Of a stretch of 64,000 nt of DNA, positions 18,244 through 27,537 are shown piece by piece (within the stretch, counting starts at the first letter, position 1; each line of letters opens with the position of its first letter). Position numbers and translations under genes: made by a program. This DNA is from a bacterium (GTDB taxonomy: Bacteria > Joyebacterota > Joyebacteria > Joyebacterales > Joyebacteraceae), in NCBI GenBank assembly GCA_029990205.1, contig JAPEKQ010000004.1, forward strand, positions 5,109-69,108, read 5' to 3'. The notes under the pieces were generated by a model that was not told where the DNA came from, did not search any database, and was given only the letters and a program-made list of their open reading frames with translations.

Positions 18244-20130
18244 TCATCGCCTGCAGGTCGTCCCCGCCTCCACGGCGAGTCCGAGCGTCAGCTCCTCCCC
18301 GGTGACGGACCGCGATACACGCACGGTCACAAGAGCGCCGGCCGGGAGTGCTTTCCTTGCCCGAATATACCACCCTGCTCCGGAGCCCTTCAAGGAGCGA
18401 AGTCCGAACGCCCCGGGGAGTCCGGGCTCGCCCGCATAGAGCGTGGGGGCGCTTCCCTCCCCGGAGACGAGCATCACGCCCGCATCCAGCCGGTCCCCGC
18501 GATCGCTGAGGACCGAGGCAAGCGAGCACCCGACGCCCGTCCGCCGGCCGTATCCGCTCCCGTCCTTCGTCCGGGCCGACCGGGCGAGCCAGAGCTTCCA
18601 CCGCCTGTCGCGGCCTGCAACGAGCGAGAGCCTCTCGCGTCGATCGGTCGTGGACTCGGTCGAATGGGGTTCCGCGCTGGACCCCGTCTCGCCGCGGACG
18701 CTCACCTCGGCCGTGAGCCGTGCGGCCCGGCCCAAACGCGCGCTGCCGCCTGCGGCGAACGCTCCCGTGCGCGGCGGGAGCGGCTCGCTGTACGTACGCC
18801 ATGGGTGACCGGTCACGCGACCGCGGCACCAGGCCGACCAGCTTCCCCGGATGCCGTACGACACCCGGAGCCACGACGAGGTGCAGTTCCCGCCGGACGA
18901 GGCCCCTGGCGGCGAAGCCCCCAGGGGGCTGTAGAACCCCCGGGAGACAAGGTCGGCACCGAGGAGCACGCGAGCGCGGCCGCGACGCGCCTCTATAGTA
19001 ATGAGGGCCGCGTGCTCGCCGGGCGCATGGGCGGCGATCTCCGCGCCCCATCGGAGATCCCGCACGTCACCGGACGCGTCGACTCCGCACAGATCGAGCG
19101 CGTCGCCCTCGAAGCCGAACCGGCTCCGCCGGAGATCGGCCGGCACGAACGGCCGGTCGTACCGGATGCGCAGCGCGGATACGCCGGCACGCCACATGCC
19201 GTCACCGGAAACGCCGTCGGAACGCACCAGCCGGACGCCCAGTACCGATTCGCGCAGCGCGTCCATCCCCGCCCGTTCACCCTCCGTCACGTGCGTCCCG
19301 GAGGTCCGGACGGTCGTCACCCGACCTTCATCATCCAGACCAACATCCAGCGACGTCCTCGTCGCCAATACCGTGACGTCGAGCGTGCCGATCCTCACAC
19401 GCGCCGCCGCCCCGCGGCGACTGGCCGACTCCGCCGCGCCATCGTATCCCCGCAGGCGGTCCGCTACCTCGGGTCCGCCCGGCGCGCCGAACGCCGCGGC
19501 TCCCGCGACCAGGCGCTGCCCCCACTCAACGATCACGTCACCGGCGATGACCGCGGCACGCGGCCTGCCGGTGCCGCCGGCCTTCGACTTGCCCCCCTCG
19601 GGGCCGGCCGGTCCATCGCTGTCAGCATCGGTCGACTCGCTCATACCCCACCGGAGATACCCGCAGACGTGGTCGAGAGCGTCGTGCTCTCCCGGGTCGC
19701 GTTCTGCGGCGGCGCCGAAGGTGACCCTTCCCGCGACATCACCCCGAAATCTCAGGTACGTCCGCGAGTCGAAGCTCCGCCACTCGCCAGCGTACACACC
19801 CTCGGCTCGGGACAGCACGGAGAGCGAGAGAGTCGGAGGCTGCTCGGGCTTGAGTTCGTTGTCGGGCACGCGCGCCCTCGCGGACGCGAATCGTGCCGAC
19901 TCCGCCAACAGGTCTATGATCAGCGCCTTCGTCTCCTCGTCGAGATCGTCGGGAAGCGACTCGATGAGGTCGGCGAGCGCCTGCCAGTCCGGGGCGACCG
20001 CGACAGTGTCAGTCGCAGCGCCCGCGATGCTGTCGTCCGGTGCGGCTCGGGTGCCGTCGGGCACCGCGGCGCTGCCGACCGCCGCCATCCCGAAGAGCGA
20101 GAGCGCCACAACGGCCATCGTCATCTTCAT
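18244..20130 (-). CDS. Secreted hypothetical protein of 628 aa.
   Basis: Start at the ATG at 20130 (MKMTMAVVALSLFGMAAVGSAAV, signal peptide). Its ATGA overlaps the upstream gene's stop. Its stop lies 11 bp from the preT start. No recognised domain. Confidence 0.55.
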   Translation of the reverse strand: MKMTMAVVALSLFGMAAVGSAAVPDGTRAAPDDSIAGAATDTVAVAPDWQALADLIESLPDDLDEETKALIIDLLAESARFASARARVPDNELKPEQPPTLSLSVLSRAEGVYAGEWRSFDSRTYLRFRGDVAGRVTFGAAAERDPGEHDALDHVCGYLRWGMSESTDADSDGPAGPEGGKSKAGGTGRPRAAVIAGDVIVEWGQRLVAGAAAFGAPGGPEVADRLRGYDGAAESASRRGAAARVRIGTLDVTVLATRTSLDVGLDDEGRVTTVRTSGTHVTEGERAGMDALRESVLGVRLVRSDGVSGDGMWRAGVSALRIRYDRPFVPADLRRSRFGFEGDALDLCGVDASGDVRDLRWGAEIAAHAPGEHAALITIEARRGRARVLLGADLVSRGFYSPLGASPPGASSGGNCTSSWLRVSYGIRGSWSAWCRGRVTGHPWRTYSEPLPPRTGAFAAGGSARLGRAARLTAEVSVRGETGSSAEPHSTESTTDRRERLSLVAGRDRRWKLWLARSARTKDGSGYGRRTGVGCSLASVLSDRGDRLDAGVMLVSGEGSAPTLYAGEPGLPGAFGLRSLKGSGAGWYIRARKALPAGALVTVRVSRSVTGEELTLGLAVEAGTTCRR

Positions 20131-20945
20131 ATGCGTATCGATACCGTGAGGGAGTAGCTGGAGCCGAGAACGGGGTGCCGACACCATGTCAGATCGAGAT
20201 CGGGCCGCATCGCCCGCCCGCCGCCGAGTCGGAGCCCGAATGCCGACGACGACGGCTCCAGCATGACCCCGGCCCGGAGACGCAGCCATGACGCGAGGGC
20301 AAGGTCGCACCCGACGGCCGGCGACGGGGCGAACCCGGGCTCTCCTGAGAGCGACGCCAGGACCGTCACGCCATCGAGAACGAGAGCCGCGTCGCTTGAG
20401 ACGCTTGAGGCGACAGGCGATGACAGGATACGTGAGCGCGTGGCGTTCCGAACGGACAGACCAACAACCAGTCTGCCGTGAACAAGCCAGGCCGCGGAAA
20501 GGTCGACCGTACCCGACCACTCCGGCGCGCCTCCCGCCCAGGACAGACAGAGCCCCCGACCACGGACACCGACCACGACGTCCCCTGACCAGCGGCGCAT
20601 TCCCGCGACCTCCACCGTCCCCTCGCGGTAGAGGCGCCCACCGAACGACGATGCTCCGACGGTGAGCCACCTGCCGGCCGACTCCCTGGAGAGAGACACT
20701 GCAGCGCTCCGAAGGTCGGCGAGCCCGTAGAGCTCGGACGATGATGCGCTGATGCGCCACGCGGCCTCTCGCTCCGGTCCGGTCAGCACATCGATCAACT
20801 CCGGAGTCGGACCGGCGCCGCAGACGGCATTGGAGGTAATCGAGAGGACGTCGTGCTCGAACGCAGCTCGCGCCCGGCCCGGGAATGCGCCGAACAGACA
20901 GAGCGACACGAGAACGCCGACGGGGACGAGTATCCGGCGCCTCAT
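20127..20945 (-). CDS. Probable outer-membrane beta-barrel protein (272 aa).
   Basis: Signal peptide MRRRILVPVGVLVSLCLFGAFPGRARA. Amphipathic beta-strand pattern. Overlaps both neighbours (translational coupling). Confidence 0.5.
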   Translation of the reverse strand: MRRRILVPVGVLVSLCLFGAFPGRARAAFEHDVLSITSNAVCGAGPTPELIDVLTGPEREAAWRISASSSELYGLADLRSAAVSLSRESAGRWLTVGASSFGGRLYREGTVEVAGMRRWSGDVVVGVRGRGLCLSWAGGAPEWSGTVDLSAAWLVHGRLVVGLSVRNATRSRILSSPVASSVSSDAALVLDGVTVLASLSGEPGFAPSPAVGCDLALASWLRLRAGVMLEPSSSAFGLRLGGGRAMRPDLDLTWCRHPVLGSSYSLTVSIRI

Positions 20946-22690
20946 CAGCGCACCAGCCCGACGGCAGTCTTCGCCGTCACGAGGATCCCAGCCCGTGCGT
21001 CGATCGCCTCAAGACACGCCACGTAGATCCCGGCCGGGAGGATCGCACCGTCCTCTCCTCCTCCGTCCCAGACCAGCTCGCTCGTCGATGCAACGAGGTC
21101 GTGGTCGCGAAGCACGGCGCGCACTCGCCCCAGCACGTCGAAGATGGTCAACCGGACGGTCGCCTGCGGGGTCGGCAGGTCGAAGCGGATCGCGCACCGG
21201 TCATCGATACCATCGCCATCCGGGGTGAACGGGTTCGGTGAGATGGTCAGGCGGCCCGCCTCGGGCAGCGCCGAGACATGGATGCTGTTGACTCGGCCCG
21301 GCGTGCTTCCCTCCGGCGAGACGGAGCTGCCCCAGTTCCCCGGATCGTCCGATGGGAGCGAGGGACGCACCCGCTCGAGCGTGACGTCCCGATCCCCACC
21401 CCACGACCGCTCGTACCGAACGATGTCGATCGGCGTCCCGTACTCATCGGTGAGCACCACGACATCATCGACCGAGAGCGCCTCCCAGCTCGCGAGCGAA
21501 ACCACAGGGGCGCTCGCCCGCGGCTCGACGACCTCAGGCTCACGGGCAACCACGAGGAACCCGCCCGGCGCGAGCTTGAACCGCCTGACCGTGTTCGAAC
21601 CACCGCCACCCGACTCCCGCGAGCTGCCGGCGCACACGATCGCACTCAGTTCCTCGTCATCTCCGAGGAGCCACCGGTCGACTCGCACGGGCATCGCAGA
21701 CACGCTCACCAGCTCGAGCCACTCGGTCTCGTGCTCGCCCGGCGAGTGCATCACCTCATTAAGGACGATCTGCCCTCCCGGCGACCCGACGGTGAACGAT
21801 GTAGAGACCCGATTGCTCGAGGTATCCGCATCCGCCGCGAGAAGCGCCTCGACGAGCGCCGTGTGGTAGCCGGACGCACCGGGATCGAACGTGAGTGCGA
21901 ACCGCGCCGTGTCGCGGACCGCCAGCACGTCATCCACAACGGATTCGACCGTCGGCAGCAGGGACTCGTCAAGGAAGAGGCGGACGGTCACCTCTCCCCC
22001 GGCGACCGGGAGCGCTCCGACGTTCGCGATTGCGCAATCGAGCGTCACATCACCCGCAGGGAGAACCTCGCCGACGCGATGCGCGACCGCGATGGCCACA
22101 TCGGTCCCCTCGGCGTTCCGGCGTCCCGGGGTCGGCTCGACCGCGACGAAGTCGGACGCGTTGACACCCTCGTCGAAGCAGTCGGGCACGCGGGCAAGCG
22201 ACAACCCAAGCGATGTGTCATCGGCAGGCTCGCCCTCGTAGTACTCGGGTGACAGCGGGTGTCCCCACCCCACGACGTCCACGACGCCGGCGCCATCGGT
22301 CAGGCGGAGCCCGTCCGGACCGTTCTGGAGATCGAGTGGCTCCACAATATCCGGCGTGGGTAGCACATCACTCTCACCGATGAGGAGGATCTCACCCGGT
22401 TCGAGACGGTCGAAGTCGCCACCGGTCCATTCGACGGTCCAGTCGTCCGGATTCGCGCCGTTGCCGGTCTCGAGCGTCCAGCCCGTGAGCAGAACGGCCG
22501 ACGAACCACAGTTGCGGAGCTCCACGAACTCCAACCCGGTATCCGGGCCGTCGGGGTCGTAGAGAACCTCATTGATGAGGACTGCTGCTGAACACGGGGA
22601 TGGGATCAGGAACGAGAGAGTGAACAGAAGGAAGAACAGGGGACAAACATCAATCAACCACCGGCCGGCGCGCACGACACACATCCCCAC
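20945..22690 (-). CDS. Secreted protein with two lamin-tail domains and a C-terminal FlgD Ig-like / T9SS sorting domain.
   Basis: LTD signatures AVLINEVLYDPDGPDTGLEFVELRN and QIVLNEVMHSPGEHETEWLELV. C-terminal PNPFTPDGDGIDD...WDGGGEDGAILPAGIYV. Confidence 0.75.
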   Translation of the reverse strand: MGMCVVRAGRWLIDVCPLFFLLFTLSFLIPSPCSAAVLINEVLYDPDGPDTGLEFVELRNCGSSAVLLTGWTLETGNGANPDDWTVEWTGGDFDRLEPGEILLIGESDVLPTPDIVEPLDLQNGPDGLRLTDGAGVVDVVGWGHPLSPEYYEGEPADDTSLGLSLARVPDCFDEGVNASDFVAVEPTPGRRNAEGTDVAIAVAHRVGEVLPAGDVTLDCAIANVGALPVAGGEVTVRLFLDESLLPTVESVVDDVLAVRDTARFALTFDPGASGYHTALVEALLAADADTSSNRVSTSFTVGSPGGQIVLNEVMHSPGEHETEWLELVSVSAMPVRVDRWLLGDDEELSAIVCAGSSRESGGGGSNTVRRFKLAPGGFLVVAREPEVVEPRASAPVVSLASWEALSVDDVVVLTDEYGTPIDIVRYERSWGGDRDVTLERVRPSLPSDDPGNWGSSVSPEGSTPGRVNSIHVSALPEAGRLTISPNPFTPDGDGIDDRCAIRFDLPTPQATVRLTIFDVLGRVRAVLRDHDLVASTSELVWDGGGEDGAILPAGIYVACLEAIDARAGILVTAKTAVGLVR

Positions 22691-22753
22691 CTCCCATCGC
22701 GCGGGACCTTGGCCCCTTTCTATTCGCGGCGCGGGCGCGCCGCATGTGACTGG

Positions 22754-24937
22754 CTACGGAAGACCTTTGCTCCTCCTCAGCGCCCACTCGGCGCCGAGCA
22801 GACCGACGAATGCCAGGAGCATCCACGGTGAGTTCCAGAGTTCGAGCTCGCGAGTCGCGGTGCGGGTCGCCCATGCGAGCGGGACGGCGTCGGGAAACTC
22901 CTGCACGCTCTCCGGCGTGAAGTAGCCGCCACCCGTTTCCTCTCCCAGTCTTGTCAGCAGTGTCGAGCGCCGGCGGATCTCGGAGTCCTCGAGGCTGAAC
23001 TCCTCGACGATGAACTCCCCGCGCGCGCTCCCTACGTCTTCGCCCGCGAGCACGGCGCTCGCCTCGAAGACGTACCGCCCCGGCGCCAGCGGCTCCACGG
23101 CCCCGCGATAGAACTCTCCGTCCGCCTCGAGCGCGAACTCAGCGACCGGCGCCGACTCAGCACCTCGAGACACGGCGCACGAGACCTCTGCGCCCGCCGC
23201 CGGGCGGAAGTCGGAGCGATAGACCTGAGCGGACACGATCGCCCGTTCTCCGGCCGCGTACACGTCGCGGTCGGTCTGCGCCACGACGCGTTCGAGCTCG
23301 CCGCGCGCCGTCAGCCAACGCGCCGCGTTCGCCGCGAGACGGTCCAGGAGCCTCGCCTCACCGGCGGCCAGCTCCCAACGCCAGATACCCTCGGCGGCTA
23401 TCGATATCACCTGACCAGCGCCGCGCCGCACGGACGCGACGACGGGAACCTGCGCGTCGACCGGCCCGGCCGCCGCGAGCACCACCGCGTCTCCGGCCAG
23501 CGTGGATGCGCCGGGACTCAGCGCCCACACCGGCGGAAGCTCGCGCCACACCTCAGCATTCTCTGCGCGATCGCTGACCACGCGGGTCACCGGCGAGGAT
23601 TCCCCGGCGATGGTCAGCGCGACCCGCTGCTCGGTCGGCGAACCCTGCTCTCCGTCGGTGATGACCGGAGAGAGCTCCGCGATGCCGTCCCCGCCTGTGT
23701 CTCCAACACCGCCGGCGTCCCCGCTGACCGGAAGCCCGACAAGCAGGAGTCCGCCACCACGCGTCCGGACATACTCAGTCAGCCACTCCCCCTGCAGCGG
23801 AACGCCGACCGCGGGCTCGATGAGCACGACCAGATCGTAGTTGAGAAGCTCCTCTCGCGACCCCGGCGCCTGACCTCCCGCGCCCGGCACGGCGCGAGGT
23901 GACAGGTCCACGATGACATCAAGCTCGACGTTCGGGTCGCCCTCGAGCTCACGCCGGACGAATGACAGATCGAAGCTCGGCCGCGGCGCGGCCAGCAATA
24001 CACGGATGCGCCCCTTGAAGACGTTGGTCACGGCCACGCGTGTGTTGTTGCTCGTCAGTCGTTCCCCCGCGGCCGGAGGAACGGTGACCGTGTATCGGTG
24101 AACGCCCGGCTCGGTCGGCGTCACCCGGAAGGTGACCTCGGTCTCCTCCCCCGACTCCGAGAGCCGGACCGGTCGGGAATCCAGAACGACCGCTCCCTCG
24201 CGGAGCTCGAGAACGGCCTCGCCGTCGGCGTAGCCGAAACTCGAGACGCGGACGCGGATGGGCAGCGACTCGCCGGAGTACGAGACTCGATTCGTCGTCG
24301 CCTCCCGCACGGCGATGTCCGTGCCCGCGTCGCTCTCCCCGAGTCCGAGCGTGAACACGGGCACACCGAGCGCGAGACCTTCATCGTACGGGCTTCCACC
24401 GACGTTGGCGGCCCCGTCGGTCGCAACGACCACGGCGCCGAGGTTCCGTCCGGCGAGTTCCGTCGCAAGATCCTCGAACGCCCCGGCGATGTCCGTCAGC
24501 TCGCCGTCGAACGCCGGCGGAGATGCAATGGAGAGCCGAGAGACATCGAGCGACCGCGCATCGCCGGCGAACGTGAACGCCGCGAGTTCGGCGTCGCGCC
24601 CTATCCTTGGAAGCACGATCTCGTTGAGCAGCCCGACGGCCTCGTCTCCCCTCGTCTCCCCGGTCGTGGCATCGGCGATCGCCATGCTCCGCGAGCGGTC
24701 GACCAGCACGCCGATCACCGGCCGCTCGCGAGCGGTCCGGACGAGCGAGAGGACCGGTTCCATCAAGAGCACAAGAAGGAGCGCCAGCGCCACGCCACGC
24801 AGGATCGCGAGGAGGGTCCTCATCGGTCGGCTGACCGTCTCCGGCACACGGCGGTAGAACCACCGGATGGCAGCGACTGCCACGACGAGCGCCGCGAGGT
24901 AGAGCCAGGCGTGGGGCTGATTGGCAACGAGGTTCAA
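22754..24937 (-). CDS. BatA-like membrane protein with an N-terminal double-transmembrane anchor and a von Willebrand factor A domain (727 aa).
   Basis: Two N-terminal TM helices (LYLAALVVAVAAI; LAILRGVALALLLVLLMEPV). VWA MIDAS motif VLVDRSRSM. C-terminal TM WMLLAFVGLLGAEWAL. Confidence 0.65.
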   Translation of the reverse strand: MNLVANQPHAWLYLAALVVAVAAIRWFYRRVPETVSRPMRTLLAILRGVALALLLVLLMEPVLSLVRTARERPVIGVLVDRSRSMAIADATTGETRGDEAVGLLNEIVLPRIGRDAELAAFTFAGDARSLDVSRLSIASPPAFDGELTDIAGAFEDLATELAGRNLGAVVVATDGAANVGGSPYDEGLALGVPVFTLGLGESDAGTDIAVREATTNRVSYSGESLPIRVRVSSFGYADGEAVLELREGAVVLDSRPVRLSESGEETEVTFRVTPTEPGVHRYTVTVPPAAGERLTSNNTRVAVTNVFKGRIRVLLAAPRPSFDLSFVRRELEGDPNVELDVIVDLSPRAVPGAGGQAPGSREELLNYDLVVLIEPAVGVPLQGEWLTEYVRTRGGGLLLVGLPVSGDAGGVGDTGGDGIAELSPVITDGEQGSPTEQRVALTIAGESSPVTRVVSDRAENAEVWRELPPVWALSPGASTLAGDAVVLAAAGPVDAQVPVVASVRRGAGQVISIAAEGIWRWELAAGEARLLDRLAANAARWLTARGELERVVAQTDRDVYAAGERAIVSAQVYRSDFRPAAGAEVSCAVSRGAESAPVAEFALEADGEFYRGAVEPLAPGRYVFEASAVLAGEDVGSARGEFIVEEFSLEDSEIRRRSTLLTRLGEETGGGYFTPESVQEFPDAVPLAWATRTATRELELWNSPWMLLAFVGLLGAEWALRRSKGLP

Positions 24938-24954
24938 GAGTGAGTCTCCGGTGT

Positions 24955-27444
24955 TCAGATGCGAGATACGGTCGTCCGCCAGCCATCACCGTCCGGTTCG
25001 ACGATGAACTCGAGCGCGGAGCCCGGAGCGAGCGCCGCTTCGACCGTGTCCCCGCGCCTCTGCTCCGCGGCGCCGGGCGGCACCATGGCCGTGAAGCGGA
25101 CGGTCAGTTCCGGGAGGTCGTCACCGGCCGCAATCCTGTAGACACCACTCGGGCCGTCGGGGTTCGGGCTGCCACCATCGGCCGCGGCGTCGCTCCCCTT
25201 CGTCGCGACCGCCTCACCCGTCCGGAAGAAGACGGATGCCGTCCCGGGACCAAGCTGCACGGGGCACGAGACCCAGGGCAGGTCGGGCGGAAGCGCCGGT
25301 GTCACGTCGAGACACCCGTCCGCCATGTCCGGGCGGAGCCCAAGGTAGTCCTGATAGAAGTTCCTGAGGAACTCCGCGAGGCTCCACGCCTGCGAGACGG
25401 TCCCCGCGACGTTCTCGCCCCGTTCGGGCGCCCGCCCATTGCGGAGCTCCGACAGCGTCCCGGCCGCTCCCTCATTGAAAAGGAGGTCGCGGAGAACGCG
25501 CGTCTGCTTCCAGGCCTCGGCGATCCGTCCGCCGCGCACCAGCGCGGTCACCACAGGACCGGTCAGCCAGACCCAGACATCTCCATTGTGATACGCCTCG
25601 TCGAAGTGGTACCGGTCGAGGTCCAGATGGACCGGGTGAAACTCGGGGTCATCCGGGGAGAGCGATGCGACGCCGTGCGGAAGCACGCAGGTCGACAGCA
25701 GCCGGTCGAGAACCGCATCTCGCTGCTCGTCCGTCAGCAGCCCGCCGCCCGGCAGGCTCAGCGCGAACGCCTGGTTCGGTCGATCGCGGCCGTCCGGCGT
25801 CCCGTCGGACAACAGACGATCGTAGAGCGCGTTCTTCCCGCCATTCCAGAATGCGGCAACGAACGATGCCGTGACCCTGCCCGCGATCTCGCGCCACCGG
25901 TCGGCGCGATCGTCGGAAGCACCACCGGATCCGTCGCCGGCTCCGTCACCGGTCCCGTCACCGGCCGCCGACGCACCCGCCGCGATCTCGGCCAGGCGGG
26001 CCCCCGCGAGGAGCGCCTCGCGCCACAACACCTGGATCTCGACCGCCCGGTCGCCACGAGGCGACCATGGACCGTTCTCCCCCACCGCGTCCATCCATGT
26101 CTCGGCATCGCCGTGCCTGATGAGGAGGTCGTCGCCTACCCGATGGAGCAGCGCGCCGACGATCGCACGCTCGATGAACGGCAGGATCTCGGCCGCGAAG
26201 TCAACGTCCCCCGAGTAGAGGACGTACTCCAGCGCCTCCCGGACGAACCACCACGTCCCGTCGGCCGTGTTGTAGTAGATCTCACCCGGCATCGCCAGGT
26301 TCGGGATCCGTCCGTACGTCGTGTCGCTCTCATCGGTGTTCTGGAGTCCGGCGCACGTTCTCAGCACCTCGCGCGCCACGTCGAACTCACCGCGGCAGAG
26401 ACACGCGCCGGGGAGCGAGATGAACGTGTCGCGTCCCCAGTAGTTCGGGAACCAGTGCAGACCGGCGAAGATGCCGACCCCCATCTGATTCATAATGAGC
26501 GCGTCGACCGAGGCTGTCGCCCACCGGAGGGCGTATGCAAGGTCTGAATCGGCGCACGCAACGCCGACACGGTCCAGCAGCTCGCAGACCCTTCGCATCT
26601 TCGCGTCGTAGAACGAGAGCTCGTCCCGGATTCCGCGAAGCGCGAGCGCCTTCGCCTCCTCCAGCGTGTCGCCAACGGCGACGGCGACCGTCACGGTCGC
26701 GGCGAAGCTCTCCTCGCCCTCGAGTTCGAACGTGAGGCGCCCGGGAACGAAGGGAGTCGCTGACGCCATCGACCGGCGCACGGAGTCGCGCTCGTAGGTT
26801 GTCTCCCGATAACTGGACTCGCCGTCAAAGACGACGGGGCGGTCGCACGCGATCGCCAGCCAGACAGGCCAGTCGTCATCCTCCGTTCTCGAGGGGTGGT
26901 CGCTGCGACGGATACAGAGAACGCCGTCATCGGACTCCCATCGCACGTCGTACTCCGGACGCACCTCTTCCCAGATGCTCCGGATATCGACCCGCGGGAC
27001 GAAAGAGGCTTGTCCTCGCCAGCTCGAATCGTACGACACGAGGAGCAGGTTCTCATCGTCCGCGAGGAACACGGTCTCGGTCGTTCCGTCCGCGACGTAG
27101 GTGCGCGTCATGCTCTGCGGGAGCACGACGGCATTCCTCAGACTCCAGACCGCCGCGGGCCGGTCGCCGACAACGAGGTCCCAGCCCTCGAGGAACTTGT
27201 GAAGCTCGACGGTAAGACCGCGGTAGTTGCGCGTTCTCGCCGTGCCCGTCTCGCCGCAGAAATACGCCTTCTGACGGTTCGTGAGGATGTACTCGCGCGA
27301 GCCGCCGCGCGTCACGACGATCGGAAGCCCGTGCTTCCGTCCGCGCGTGGGCAGGGAGGCGGCGGGGTCGGCCGGACTGGACGAGCTCCGCGAGCCCCGG
27401 GGGTCGCCCGGACAGGCGCTGTGCTTGTGCAACTTCTCTGCCAT
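24955..27444 (-). CDS. Cytoplasmic amylo-alpha-1,6-glucosidase / glycogen-debranching-enzyme family protein (GDE_N plus GDE_C, (alpha/alpha)6 barrel).
   Basis: No signal peptide. Motifs GIFAGLHWFPNYWGRDTFISLPG and NGDVWVWLTG are typical of the GDE_C family. Start uncertain (ATG 27444 or GTG 27471). Confidence 0.7.
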   Translation of the reverse strand: MAEKLHKHSACPGDPRGSRSSSSPADPAASLPTRGRKHGLPIVVTRGGSREYILTNRQKAYFCGETGTARTRNYRGLTVELHKFLEGWDLVVGDRPAAVWSLRNAVVLPQSMTRTYVADGTTETVFLADDENLLLVSYDSSWRGQASFVPRVDIRSIWEEVRPEYDVRWESDDGVLCIRRSDHPSRTEDDDWPVWLAIACDRPVVFDGESSYRETTYERDSVRRSMASATPFVPGRLTFELEGEESFAATVTVAVAVGDTLEEAKALALRGIRDELSFYDAKMRRVCELLDRVGVACADSDLAYALRWATASVDALIMNQMGVGIFAGLHWFPNYWGRDTFISLPGACLCRGEFDVAREVLRTCAGLQNTDESDTTYGRIPNLAMPGEIYYNTADGTWWFVREALEYVLYSGDVDFAAEILPFIERAIVGALLHRVGDDLLIRHGDAETWMDAVGENGPWSPRGDRAVEIQVLWREALLAGARLAEIAAGASAAGDGTGDGAGDGSGGASDDRADRWREIAGRVTASFVAAFWNGGKNALYDRLLSDGTPDGRDRPNQAFALSLPGGGLLTDEQRDAVLDRLLSTCVLPHGVASLSPDDPEFHPVHLDLDRYHFDEAYHNGDVWVWLTGPVVTALVRGGRIAEAWKQTRVLRDLLFNEGAAGTLSELRNGRAPERGENVAGTVSQAWSLAEFLRNFYQDYLGLRPDMADGCLDVTPALPPDLPWVSCPVQLGPGTASVFFRTGEAVATKGSDAAADGGSPNPDGPSGVYRIAAGDDLPELTVRFTAMVPPGAAEQRRGDTVEAALAPGSALEFIVEPDGDGWRTTVSRI

Positions 27445-27537
27445 ATGCCTCAATCCAAGAGAGCGCCGCACTTCATCGTGTCGACGCTCTCCAGTGTGTC
27501 ACTTCTGTTGTCACCTGCGCAAGACTGATGGGCAGTA

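Noticed and set aside
16913-19051. Long 712-aa form of the preT ORF with a 270-aa Arg-rich N-terminal extension.
   Set aside because: The extension is low-complexity, overlaps the preceding gene in another frame, and an AAGGAG-supported ATG at 18232 gives a normal-length PreT.
18244-20760. 838-aa form of the secreted hypothetical ORF, and similar long N-terminal extensions of the ORFs at 14121-15320, 30010-30897, 34029-34925, 37032-38576, 39510-44915, 52579-53916, 57384-59687 and 58847-60394.
   Set aside because: In each case an internal start immediately precedes a signal peptide or domain start and is supported by a Shine-Dalgarno sequence and/or a 4-bp overlap with the upstream stop. The extended forms overlap upstream genes.
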